A stretch of 20,185 nt of DNA from Chiloscyllium plagiosum (Eukaryota): positions 95,831,147 to 95,851,331 of the forward strand of contig NC_057718.1 of the NCBI RefSeq assembly GCF_004010195.1, given 5' to 3'. The position numbers were made by a program, and so were the translations under genes. Positions within the stretch are counted from its first letter, which is position 1, and the number at the start of each line of letters is the position of its first letter. Shown here piece by piece: positions 1 to 10,919 of the stretch. A model generated the notes under the pieces. That model saw only the letters and a program-made list of their open reading frames with translations, was not told the origin of the DNA and did not search any database.

Positions 1-420
1 ATGTTTTCTTTTGCCAACCATAGCTCAGTGTATATCCTTTTCCATTTCAATGGTGTAGCAGCCTTGATTCCCTTGATATATACTTTCCATTATATAATTT
101 CCATTCATATATTTTTTAAAAATCTAGTGAATCACATATTTTTACTGTGTAAGATAAAGGAAGAAACAGCAACTGATTCACTTCTAATTTTTTAATATGT
201 TGGTTGATTCCATATTTTTCTGTTCAGTTATTTTTGTATCTGTAGAAATAACAATATGTAAGGTTTATACACATGCTTTACTGACATGCAAAGCCTATCC
301 AAGATGACATTTCAAAATTGTCGTAAAAACCAATTCCATTTCCATCTTTAGTTTTTCAAATCAGCTTAGTACTTATCTTTCTCTTAATGTTTCAATTCCA
401 GAACTATTCCTTTGAAGAAT

Positions 421-820
421 TTCCCCTCTCACCCTAAACCTATGCCCTCTTTTTTAGACTACCCCACCCCAGGGAAAAGACTTTGCCTATTTACCCTATC
501 CATGCCCCTCATGATTTTATAAACCTCTATAAGATCATCCCTCAGCCTCCGATGCTCCAGGGAAAACAGCCCCAGCTTATTCAACCTCTCCCTGTAGCTC
601 AAATCCTCCAACCCCGGCAACATCCTTGTAAATCTTTACTGAACCTTTTCAAGTTTCACAACATCCTTCTGATAAGAAGGAGACCAGAATTGCACGCAAT
701 ATTCCAAGAGTGGCCTAACCAATGTTTCGTATAGCTGCAATCTGACCTCCAACTCCTATGCTCAATACTCTGACCAATAAAGGAAAACACACTGAACGCC
801 TTCATCACTATCATATCTAT
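421..820 (-). mobile_element. CR1/HER1-type LINE, decayed ORF2 C-terminal fragment
   Basis: Minus strand reads like the CR1 ORF2 C-terminus ([16 protein letters not shown]...RFTRMLPGLEDLSYRERLNKLGLFSLEHRRLR..LIEVYKIMRGMDRV) with stops. Boundaries approximate. Confidence 0.9.
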
Positions 821-885
821 GTTTCACTTCAATTCTAGTGAACCCCTTCATAACATTAATGATTGCTATTAGGTCAGCCATTAAG

Positions 886-1308
886 GAATAAGAGAACAGT
901 TATAGCACAGAAAGTGAACACTCAGCCCTTGGTGTCCACGTTGGCTCTCTGCAACAGCACATTAACTGGTGATATTCCTTGCCCTTTCCCCACAGCCTAG
1001 CAGTTTTTGTCTCTTCAAGTGCTGAGCCCATTCCCTTTTGAAAACTGCAATTGAATACTCCTTCGCCATGCTTTTCGGCACTGCATTCCAAATTACAACA
1101 ACTTGTTCCGTACAAAGGTGAGGTTCCTCCTCATGTTGCTTCACCCTATAATCAGTGTCCTCTGGTTCCCATTCCTTCTGCCATGGGGACAGTTTCTGCC
1201 TATCTACCCCTGTCCAGATCTCCTCATGAGTTTGAACACCTTGATCAAACCTCCTCCCAATCTTCTCTACTCCAAGCAGAACAGTCCTATCATCTCCAAT
1301 CCATCTAG
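886..1308 (-). mobile_element. Older CR1-type LINE 3' end
   Basis: Minus strand has degenerate CR1 C-terminal motifs (ORF track: VVVIWNAVPKSMAKEYSIAVFKREWAQHL) followed by a 3' UTR-like segment ending near 886. Confidence 0.75.
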
Positions 1309-1674
1309 AATTATTAATTTTTAAGTTATGAAAGCTAATAGTGAAAATTTTATACAAATGGCTTGGATAAAAGGACTGATGGTATGGTGGTTAAAAAATG
1401 CTGTTGACACCAAGATAGGTAGGAAAGTGAGTTGTGAAATGGACATAAGGAGCCGTCAAAGGGATTATGGACATGTGAAGTGAGTAGGAGATGGCGGACA
1501 ATGTGGGAGAGTGTGAAATTGTCCATTTTGGCTGAAGGAATAATAAAAGAAGTATATTGCCTAAACAGTGAGAGCAGAGCTCTGAGATACAGAAGGATCT
1601 GTCTGTCCCAGTGCATTAATCATAGAGGGTTAGTCTGCAGGTACAGCAAATTATCAGGAAAGCTCATAGATTTT

Positions 1675-2236
1675 CTGGTCAGACCACATTTGGAGTATTG
1701 TGTGTAGCTTTGGGCCCCATGTCTCAGGAAGGATGTACTGGCCCTGGAGTGTGTTCAGAAGAGGTTCACGAGAATGGTCCCAGGAATGAAAAGCTTAAGA
1801 TATGGGGAACATTTGAGGACTCTGGGTCTTTACTCGTTGGAGTTTAGAAGGATGAGGGGGGATCTAATTGAAACATACAGAACACTGAATGGTCTGGACT
1901 GAGTGGATGTTGGGAAGATGTTTCCATAAGTAGGAGAGACTAGGACCCCAGGCATAGCCTTAGAGTAAAGGGAAGACCTTTTAGAATGTCATAAGGAGAA
2001 ACTTCTTCAGTCAGTAAGTGGTGAATCTATGGAATTCATTGCCACAGAAGGCTGTGGAGACCAGGTCAATGAGTATATTTAAGACTGAAATCGATAGGTT
2101 CTTGAGTATCAAGGAAATCAAGGGTTCTGGGGCGAAAGTGGGAGAATGGGTTTGAGAAACTCATCAGCCATGATTGAATGGTGGAGCAGACTCAATGGGC
2201 TGAATGGTCTAATTTCTGTTCCTATATTTTATGGTC
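1675..2236 (+). mobile_element. Younger 5'-truncated CR1-type LINE nested in the older CR1
   Basis: LVRPHLEYCV...RFTRMVPGMKSL...RMRGDLIETY motifs, then a 3' UTR (gatTGAATGGtggagcagactcaatgggctgaatgg) and a ttatggtc-type tail. Confidence 0.88.
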
Positions 2237-2361
2237 ATGTAGCCTTATTGTTGTGACTTATTGTGAGGGGGTATTAAATGTAAGAGCAGGGAGGTTATGC
2301 CTCAGTTATGCAGAGTATTAGTATGCATTGGGGATTTTGTGTACAATACTGGTTACCATAT

Positions 2362-2962
2362 TGATGTGGACCAGACTAAACCCACTCAAAACATGTCCTG
2401 ATTTTTTTCTTATTTTAGAGGCAAATGACAGGCATCACATTCAAGATGCAATTTGATTCATCAAACTACCATATTTGAGCAAACCACACTTTATTCATAC
2501 ACTATAATTCCATACAAACAAAAGAAAGGATTAGTATAACAAGTCTATTGGAAAACTTTACAGAATGATAGATTATTTAACTACTAAAGAGCAACTGTTC
2601 CAATACAGTAGCAACCCATTATGCACCTTTGGCAAAGGCAAATTCAGTAAAATTGTTTGTCTCATATGCAATTCCAGCAGCATGGAGAGAACCACAGTTA
2701 TTAGCTGTAGCAAAGTGAAAGAGAGCGATGTAGCAGCTTTCACAAACCCAACAGTTACTGAAGTCTAAACTAAAAATCCTGGCTCTGTGAGAGATTGACC
2801 CCACCCATTCAGGCTGCTTCTATTGTTCCAACTTATTTAAAAAAAGGCCTTGCAAGTTGTTAACTTTATCAGCTTGATCCAGACTGCTCGGTATCTCTGT
2901 CTCAATCTCTCCTCATAAACAAAAAGATAAAGTCCACCTCTTAAAGCCTTAGTATCATCACA
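2362..2962 (-). mobile_element. Solo-LTR candidate (601 bp), probably from an LTR retrotransposon
   Basis: TG...CA termini. Flanked by ATAT (2358-2361) and ATAC (2963-2966), a 4-bp TSD with one mismatch. Cleanly interrupts a CR1. Minus-strand AATAAA at 2490-2495. Confidence 0.7.
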
Positions 2963-4218
2963 ATACTTACAGAAGAATGCTAATGTGTTAGAGCCAGTTC
3001 AAGAAAGGTTTACTTGATTAATAGCTGTATTGCCTGATTAGGGAAGGCTAGACATGTTATGTTTGTATCCTCCAGAGTTTACAAGAATCAGAGGTGACTT
3101 AATTAAACTATTGAAATCCTGATGATCTTGACTGGGTGGATATTGGAAAAAGGTTTCCTTTTGTGGGACATTCTAGAACTTNNTAAGAAGTTTCTATTTA
3201 AAACAGACATGAGGAAACATTTTTTTTCTCTCAGGACGTTGAGAGTTTCTGGAATTCCCTTCCTCAAAAGGCAGTGGATGCAGAACCTTTAAATATTTTT
3301 TAAGGCACAGACAGACAGATTCCTGAACATTTGAGGTGAAGGTGTAATGGAATATAAGTGAGTCCTTTGCTGAGCACATATCATTCAGAATCAAAGACCA
3401 GATGTTCAGAATATCATTTTAGCCTGTTCCTGTCCCACTGAACTTATCCCTTCCTATCTTGATTCTATTTTCTCTCCTATTTTTTTCAGTCTTTTCCCAT
3501 TCATCATCTGACGCTTTACATTTCTTCCTCCATTTCCACCTTCACTTCCCTAACCACCTCCTCTTCATCATGGATGTGCAATCCCTCTCTACATCCATTC
3601 CCCCAATGTGATAATCCGAAGGCTCTCTGCTTCTTCCTTGTAATGAACCCTGAATAGTCCCTGTCCATCACTGTCCTCCATTGCCTCACCAAGCACTTTC
3701 TCATTTGAATAACCTCTCCTTTACAATTTCTCTGAGTCACAGATTAAGCTATGAGTGCCTGCATGGATCCCAGCTTTGCCTGTTTCTTCATGGGGTATGT
3801 GGAACATTTCCTTGTTCCAATCTTACTCAAGCCTCATCCCAAACACTTGTCCAGGTGCTGCTTCCTGTTTTTGGCAGGAATTGGAAAACCATCAGTTTCA
3901 CTTCCAATTTCCATCCTTAACTCACCTTCACCTGTTCCACCTCTGATTCTTCCCTTCCCTAACTTTATCGTTTTGATTTCTGAAATTTCTGTCCAACAAC
4001 ATGCACGACAAACCCGCTGATGCCCATAGTTACCTCAACTACACCTTCTCATGCTCTGCTTCCTGTAAGGATTCCATCCCATTCTCCTTACTTCGCTGTT
4101 GCATTTGTTCTGATGATGCTTCCTTTCAAAGGATTGCCTCTGTCATGTTATCCTTTTTCCTTAAACAAAGATTCCCACATCCATCATGGTTGACAGAGTC
4201 CAAAGCCATGTCTGATCC

Positions 4219-5377
4219 GCGTGCAGATATATGACAGAGAAATGGCAGATGGAGTTCAATCTGGGTAAGTGTGAGGTGTTGCACTTTGGAAGATCAAATG
4301 TCAAGGAAAAATATACAGTTAATGGCAGGACCCTGAACAGCATTGATGTACAGAAGAATTTTGGGGTTCAAGTCCATAGTTCTCTGAAAGTGGCCACACG
4401 AGTAGATAGTATGGTAAAGAAGGCGTGTTGTATACTTTCCTTTTTTGGTCAGGGAATCGAGTACAAGAGTCAGGATGTTATGTTGTAGTTTTATAAGACT
4501 TTGGTTAGGCCATACTTAGAGTAGTCCATTCAATTCTGGTCACCACATGACAGGAAGGATGTGGAATCTTTGGAGAGGATGCAGAAGAGGTTTATCAGTG
4601 TGCTGCCTGGGGGGCATGGCGGCTAAGTGGTTAGCACTGCTGCCTCACAGTGCTAGGTACCAGGTTCGATTCCCACCTCAGGCAACAGTCTGTGTGGAGT
4701 TTGCACGTTCGTCCCGTGTCTGTGTGTGTTTCTTCTGGGTGCTCTGGTTTCCTCCCACAGTCCAAAGATGTGCAGGTCAGGTGGATTGGCTGCACTAAAT
4801 TACTCATAGTGTTAGCCAGGGGTAAATATAGGGTAGGGGAATGGGTCTGGGTGGGCTACTCTCTGGAGGGTCTGTGTGGACTTGTTGGGCCGCAGGGCCT
4901 GTGTCTGTCCTGAAGGGATTCTAATTCAAATTAGAGGGATAAGGATAGGCTAGAAAAACTCGGGTTGTTTTCTCTGGAGTGGCAGAGGCTGAGGGGAGAC
5001 TTGATAGAAGTCTATACAATTATGAGATGGATAGCTAGGGTTGATGGTCAGAACCTTTTTCCCAGAGTTGAAATGTCTAAAACTATGGGGCATGCATTTA
5101 AGGTGTAGGGGGAAAGTTCAAAGGAGAGGTGAAGAGTAGGTTTTTTACACAGAGAGGGGTAGGATTGCGGAATGCGCTGTCAGGGGTAGTGGTGGAAGCA
5201 GATACGATTGGGGAATCTAGGGGACTTTTAGGTGATCACATGAATATGCAGGGGATGGAGGAACATGGACCAAGGGCAGGCAAAAAGGATTGGTTTAATT
5301 TGGCGTCATGTTCAGCACAACATTGCGGGCTGAAGGGCCCATTCCTGTGTTGTGTCGTTCTATGTTCTGTGTTCTAT
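4219..5377 (+). mobile_element. CR1/HER1-type LINE 3' portion inserted in PLE A (split by a SINE at 4611-4929)
   Basis: KWQMEFNLGKCEVLHFGRSN...GVQVHSSLKVA...GIEYKSQDVML; ends in a tgttctat-like repeat tail at about 5357-5377. Confidence 0.92.
4611..4929 (+). mobile_element. tRNA-derived V-SINE (HE1-like)
   Basis: A-box-like GGCTAAGTGG, B-box GGTTCGATTCC, V-domain (gtgtggagtttgcacgtt...ggtttcctcccacagtccaaagatgtg) and a LINE-like 3' end. The CR1 reads tgctgcctgg|attagaggg across it. Confidence 0.92.
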
Positions 5378-5798
5378 CTCTTGCATTTCCACCCTCACCA
5401 CTTCCCTTCATCCCAGGACAGCAATAAAGTCCACTGGCCTTCGCATTCAAAGGATCATCCTCCACCACTCCCGCCACCTCCAGTAGGATTTCCCCAACAA
5501 ACACCCGCCCCTCCAATGTCAGCATTCCACAGGCATCATTCCCTCTGTGACACCCAGGTTCAGCTCTCCATCACTCCTAAAACTTCCTCACTCCCCCACA
5601 GCACCTACCCACACAATTACAGAAGACGCAATACTTGCCCGTTAACTTCCTCATTCTTCTTTGCCCAAGATCCCAAATATACCTTCCAGGTGAAGTAACA
5701 TTTGACTTGTAAAAACTGACAGTACTGCGGATGCTTGAAATCAGAAACAAAACCAGAAATTGCTGGAAAAGCTCAGCAGGTCCGTGGAGAGAAATCAG

Positions 5799-5836
5799 AG
5801 TTAACGCTTCGGCTGGAGTGACCCTTCCTCAGAACT
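5799..5836 (-). ncRNA. Degenerate minimal hammerhead ribozyme motif in the PLE B terminus
   Basis: AGUU-CUGAGGA-agggucacuccagcc-GAAGC-GUU-AACU. Stem I is perfect; GAAA is mutated to GAAG and stem II has decayed. Confidence 0.65.
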
Positions 5837-6653
5837 GATGGTAGCTAGGAAGATGCTGGTTTATATGCAGAATATAGAGTGGGAGAAGGGACTAAGGAGT
5901 AAATGATAGGTGAGAATAGAGCCCAAAGAGAGAGAAGAATAGTGGGACAGACAAACGAGTGGATAACGATCAGCCTGGGAGAATGAATAGCTGCTAATAG
6001 GGACAATTAATGGCAAACAATGGATAGTGTATAATACCAGATCATGTGATAACTGGGCTGGTGTGTGGGGTTTGGAGTAAGAACAAGGGAGAAGATGCTC
6101 TAAAATTGTTGAGCCCAATATTGAGTCCCAAAGGCTGTTGGGTTCCCAAGCGGATAATGAGGTGCTGTTCTTCCAGCCTGCACTGAGCGTCACTGGGACA
6201 CTGCAGCAAGCCTGAGACAGAGATGTTGGCCAGGGAACAGGGTGGGGAGTTGATGGGGCAGGCAACTGGAAGCTCAGGGTCTTTTTTTGTGAGTGGAATG
6301 TAGATGTTCTGCGAAGCTGTCACCCAGTCTATGCTTCATTTCCCCAAGGTAGAGGAGACCACATTGAGAGCAGCCAATGCAGTCGAATGGATTGTGGGAA
6401 GTGCAGGTAAAGTGCTGCTTCACCTGGAAGGTATGTTTGGGCCCTTGGATAGTGAGGAGGAAGGAGGTAAATGGATAGGTGTTACAGTTTGTGCTTTCAG
6501 GGAAAGGTGCTGTTGTGCTGTGGTGGTGGTGGTAGGGGTGGGGGATGGTGGTGGGAGGGGATGGTGCTGATGGAGTGAAGGAGGAGTGGGCCAGGGTGTC
6601 CTGGAATGAACTGTCCTTGCAGAAGGCTGACAGCAAAGGGGGGATGAGTATGT

Positions 6654-6862
6654 AACAAAAACAGAAGTTGCTGGAAAAGCTCAGCATCTGTGAAGAGAAA
6701 TTAGAGTTAACACTCCATGTCCAGTGACCCTTCTGCAGAGTTCTAAGGTCACCAGGTCTGAAATGCTAACTCTGATTTCGCGTCATGGCTGCTGCCAGTC
6801 CTGCTGAACTTTTCCAGCAACTTCTGTTTTTGTTTTCAATTTACAGCATCTGCAGTACTTTC
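6654..6862. mobile_element. Foldback PLE-terminus mini-insertion nested in PLE B
   Basis: Inverted arms 6654-6686 and 6802-6834 (32/33 complementary), two opposed degenerate hammerheads around 6740, a one-sided tail, and a diverged 14-bp TSD (6640-6653 vs 6863-6876, 11/14). Confidence 0.8.
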
Positions 6863-8321
6863 GGAGATGAATGTGTCTCTGATGGTGGCACCCTGCTGGA
6901 GGGGGCGGAAGTGGCAGCTAATGAATCTCTGGATGTGCATGCCGGTGGGATGGTAGGTGAGGACAAGGGGGACTCTATATCGCTGTTGTAGGAGGGAAGA
7001 GAGGGGGTGAGGGCTGAAGTGTGGGAGATAGGTCAGACCCAACTGAGGACCCTGTCAACTACGGTGCTGGGGAATCTTTGGTTGAGGAAGGAGGTTGGCA
7101 TTTTGGTGGCCCCCTTGTTGAAGTTGGCATCATCAGAACGTATGCGATGGAGATAGAGGAACTGGGAGAATGGAATACAGTCTTTACAGGAAGCAGGGTG
7201 TGATGATGTATAGCCAAGGTAACTGTGGGAGTCAGTGGATTTGTAATGTTTATTGATGGCCAGCCTATCCCTATAAATGGAAACAGAGATGTCGAGGAAG
7301 GGAAGGGTGGAGTCATGGATGGACCAGGTGAAGGTGAGAGCGGGTTGAAGTTGGAAGTGAAATTGTTAAACTTTTCCAATTCTAGATGGAGAGGGAACCA
7401 GCACTGATGATATCCATATCGTAGAGAAAGAGTTGTGGGTGTGGTCTGGAATAGGACTGGAACAAGGAATGTCCCACAAAGAGTCAGGCATAACCAAGGC
7501 CCATGCAGAGCAGCCATGGCCACCCCTCTGACTGGAAGAAAGTGAGAGGGGTTAAAGGGGAAGGTGTTCAGGGTGAGGATGGGCTTGGCCAGGCGGAGGA
7601 GGGTAGTAGTGGTGGTTGGTGTCAGTTCAGGACTTTTTCCTAGGAACAAACGGAGAGCCCTGAGACCGTCCTGACAGACGTGTAAAGGGATTGTATATCC
7701 ACGGTAAAGGGGAGGCAGCTGGTGCCCTCAAACTGGAAATTTAGAAACTGATGTAAAGCATCAGAGGAATCGCAGATGTAAGTGACTGGACTAATACATT
7801 TCACTTGTACTTCTTTCAATCTACTCTCTCATACTCGCTGCTCACAATGTGGTACTCATTACAGGGCTGAGACCCAACGGAGACTTGGTGACTGCTTTGG
7901 GAAAGCCTCCACTCTGCCCGCAGAAATGCCCTGGCCTTTCAATAGCTTGGCATTTCAACAAGCCATCTTGATCTTATGTCCATTTCCATCCTCGGCTCCA
8001 GAAAGGCTCATTTCGAAATGGAGGAACGACACCTCACTTTCTCCTTTGGCACTTTACATCTTTTAGCACTTAATATTGGGTTTGACAACTTCATCTTTTG
8101 CCCTTCATTTATTGTAATCTCCACCTCCCACTGCCGTATCTTGTGTGTGTTTCGTTGACATTGCTCTCAGAAGAGAGGATCCATTTTCTCCTTATCACAA
8201 ACACATTTATACCCATTGTACACTATTGCCTCTCTTTTACCACCTTTGGCAATCCCTTTGTCTTTTGCTCTGTTAAAAATCACACAACACCAAGTTATGG
8301 TCCAACAGGTTTAATTGGAAG

Positions 8322-8356
8322 CACTAGCTTTCGGAGCGCCGCTCCTTCATAAGGTG
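8322..8356 (-). ncRNA. Minimal hammerhead motif in the PLE C terminus (one core mutation)
   Basis: CAC-CUUAUGA-A-GGAGC-ggc-GCUCC-GAAAG-CUA-GUG. Stems I and II are perfect and stem III is the palindrome AGCU; CUGAUGA is mutated to CUUAUGA. Confidence 0.7.
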
Positions 8357-8737
8357 GTTGTGGAGTACACAAATGCAAGACACAGGATTTATAGCAAGAG
8401 TTTACAGTGTGATTTCACTGAAATTATACATTGAAACATACCTTGATTGTTTGTTGAGTCTTTCATCTGTTCGAATACCATGATAGTTTCACTTCTTTCA
8501 TGTCTAAATCACAAAACTTTAAAAAAAAAGTTGCATTCTCAGGTTAACTGTAACAATTGGTGTTAGCTGGATAATATGTTGAAGGTATTAGCCCCCTGTG
8601 TTCTCTGTCTGTGCCATAAAGTTTAGACTGATTCTAATCTAAAAAGTAAGATAACAGAGTCTTACATGAATTTATGCAGTTTTTGAGCAAAGTACAATGT
8701 AACTCTGCAAGTACAAATTCACCCCACAAACTTATAC

Positions 8738-9094
8738 GTGTGTGTGTGTGTGTCTGGGTTGGGGTTTTGTGAGTGTGAGAGAGAGAGAGCGTATATGTGT
8801 GTGTATATGAGTGTAGAGTGTCTTAAGTCTGTGAGGGGGTGCATGTGTGAATGTGAGAGTGAGTATGTCTGTAGGAGAGTGTGTGTGTGTCTGGGGTGGG
8901 GGGGTTGTGTCTGTGAGAGGGAGTGTATATGTGTGTGCGTGAGTGTAGAATGGTCTAAGTCTCTGAGAGGATGCCGGTGTGAGTGTGGGAGTGTGTGTGT
9001 CTGTAAGGGTGTGTGTGAATGTCTGTTAGCGTGTCTGTGTATATGTGTGCCCATGTATATGTGTGTGTATAGGAGTGTGTGTGTGTGTGTATAG
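8738..9094. repeat. GT/GA-rich low-complexity tract inside the PLE C 3' region
   Basis: Interrupted (GT)n/(GA)n with an internally duplicated unit (gagtgtaga..g...taagtct.tgag.gg.tgc..gtgtga) near 8809 and 8941. Confidence 0.9.
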
Positions 9095-9907
9095 TGCAAT
9101 GGTGGTCACCTGTAGTGTGACGTGAACCCAAGGTCCCGGTTGAGGCCCTCCCTATGGGTGTGGAACTTAGCTATCAGCCTCTGCCCAGCCACTTCTTGCT
9201 GCTGCGTGTCCCAAAGTCCGCCTTGGAGGATGGTCACCTGAAGGTCCAAGGTTGAATGGGAGGGAACCCTCCTGTCTGTTGATTGTTGTGCGGTGCCCAT
9301 TCATCTGTTGCCGTAGCCTTTGCTTGGTCCACTAAAGTAATGAGGTGTACTAATTCATTACGGACAAAGAATTGGATGTGAGATTTCCTGTCTTGGGAAA
9401 AATGATAACCAATACAACTAAGTCTTTGAGTAAACATTTTAATTTTGTACTGAATCATGAAATGGGTTATAATGACAAGTTTTTATTTGCTAAAGGAATG
9501 AAAAACTACATTTGTGCTTAATTTTGTGTTGTATCTGTATCTGAACAAGTTAATGTAATTCCGTAGAAGACATCAGCATTGATACAAATAATAGTGGCTC
9601 TCCGAAAGCTAGTGCTTCCAATTAAACCTGTTGGACTATAACATAGTGTTGTGTGAGTTTTAACTTTGTACACTCCAGTCCAACACCGGTATCTCCAAAT
9701 CTTTTGCTCTGGACACCCTCACTATCTGTTCCACTCACTCCTCCTTCCCCTCTGTCAACAGCATAAATCCACCATTTTCCAAATCTTGCAAATCTGAAGA
9801 TAGACATATCAGACTCAAAACATTTACTCTGCTTCTCACTCCACAGATGCTGCGAAAGCTGCTGAGTTTCTCTAGAATTTTCTGTTTTTGTACTAAGGCT
9901 GCTAAAA

Positions 9908-10193
9908 TCCACTAAAGTAACTTCAATTTCAGTCTGACTGAGGTGTACTAATTCATTACGGCCAAAGAATTAGATGTGAGATTTCCTGTCTTGGGAAAAA
10001 ATTATAACCAATATAACTAAGTCTTTGAGTAAACATTTTAATTTTGTAGTGTATCATGAAATGGGTTATAATGACAAGTTTTTACTTGCTAAAGGAATGA
10101 AAAACTACATTTGCGTTTAATTTTGTGTCATGTCTGTATCTGAACAAGTTAATGTAATTCCATAGAAGACATCAGCATTGATACAAATAATAG
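9908..10193 (+). repeat. Source copy of a local direct duplication (second copy at 9328-9594)
   Basis: About 95% identical by eye to 9328-9594. The left copy lacks 18 bp (9921-9938). Confidence 0.95.
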
Positions 10194-10919
10194 AGTTCTG
10201 TGGTGCCATATAATGTGTCAGACTTCAACATGAACTCTGCAGTAAAGCAAAAAAAAAGTCATGTTCCTACTGTGGGTACGTTAATACATTTTAATCAAGC
10301 ACAAATGCAGTGAAATTGCCTTTTGGTCTTCACCAGTACAGAGAGCTTTTTGTGTTGTACCCAGCCTAACCCACTAACTCTGGTTTTGTGCATGTGTAAT
10401 TAATTATAAGGAAATACTAAAACACTTGGGTAGATATTACTCTTCCACCAGATGTTCCATATGTGAGAATGTATTTACCCTTTTTTTTGAGTCAAGCATA
10501 ACAAAACTACTGTATTTGATCAGTGTTGTTTCTGTTTTCCTTCTGAACTATTCCCTGCGCTTTGAAGACCATATGGCCTTAGGAATGAAAATGTTGGAAC
10601 TGCTGTCAGTCAAGAAACATCTTGGGAACTACTGTTTGTACTGTACCATTGTGCAGCATTACAAGAAAGGGACTTTCCATGTGCTATTGACTGAAAAATA
10701 TACTCTAGGCGCTCAGATTTTAACATCAAGTAATGGTGTTAGATTTACATTTGAGAAGGGTTTGCCATTTTGTTTACATTTCACGCCGATATCCTGCAAG
10801 CTTTATACTTGCATGATATATCCTTATCGGATGGCTCAAAGACCACTTTGAATGTAATCTCATAGAATGACTTTTGGAACAGATGAAGCTATTGATATTT
10901 GACTTCAGCTAGTTAAATA

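Larger units (their letters stand above)
1345..3355 (+). mobile_element. Old CR1-type LINE RT fragment split into three pieces (about 1345-1670, 2237-2361, 2963-3355)
   Basis: Degenerate RT C-terminal motifs (gacaccaagataggtagg; gtgtgaaattgtccattttgg; gagcagggaggttatgcctcagttat; agagccagttcaagaaaggtttact; ctggaattcccttcctcaaaaggcagtggatgc) are collinear once the two inserts are removed. Confidence 0.8.
5712..7795 (-). mobile_element. Penelope-like element B (5'-truncated RT + GIY-YIG + 3' terminus) inserted in PLE A
   Basis: FTVDIQSLYT and LTLNTFPFNPSHFLPVRGVAM RT motifs; GIY-YIG FTCTSHNPFDCIGCSQCGLLYLGEMKHRLGDSFAEHL and RLEEQHLIIRLGTQQPLGLN. Flanked by a 14-bp TSD acattt(g/c)acttgta at 5698-5711 and 7796-7809. 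Confidence 0.92.
8273..9699 (-). mobile_element. Penelope-like element C composite insertion: 3' part (8273-9329), captured local DNA (9328-9594), inverted terminus with tail (9600-9699)
   Basis: GIY-YIG C-terminus TKQRLRQQMNGHR...LQVTILQGGLWDTQQQEVAGQRLIAKFHTHREGLNRDLGF. Inverted repeat 8272-8336 vs 9600-9664. Perfect 12-bp TSD tcttttgctctg at 8261-8272 and 9700-9711. Confidence 0.9.
3410..9893 (+). mobile_element. Penelope-like element A (decayed RT + GIY-YIG + 3' terminus) in four pieces: about 3410-4218, 5376-5711, 7796-8272, 9700-9893
   Basis: RT motifs MDVQSLSTSIP, MSACMDPSFACFFMGYVEH and KPADAHSYLNYTFSCSASCKDSIPFS. GIY-YIG region PKYTFQVK / HFTCTSFNLLSHTRCSQCGTHYRAETQRRLGDCF. The terminus has a degenerate hammerhead at about 9794-9830. 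Pieces rejoin across TSDs. Confidence 0.88.

Noticed and set aside
3182..3183. NN inside the CR1
   Set aside because: An assembly ambiguity, not biology; local sequence may be missing.
5129..5698. 189-aa ORF as a CR1-PLE fusion protein
   Set aside because: Accidental read-through across an insertion junction of decayed elements.
7059..7649. 196-aa ORF as a functional reverse transcriptase
   Set aside because: Only the N-terminal part is in the RT frame; the element is frameshifted, truncated and interrupted.
8719..9099. Cys/Val-rich and His/Thr-rich ORFs resembling metal-binding proteins
   Set aside because: They are translations of a GT/CA low-complexity tract.
10426..10851. 141-aa ORF in apparently unique sequence
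   Set aside because: TTG start, no recognisable domain and no supported splice structure; consistent with chance.
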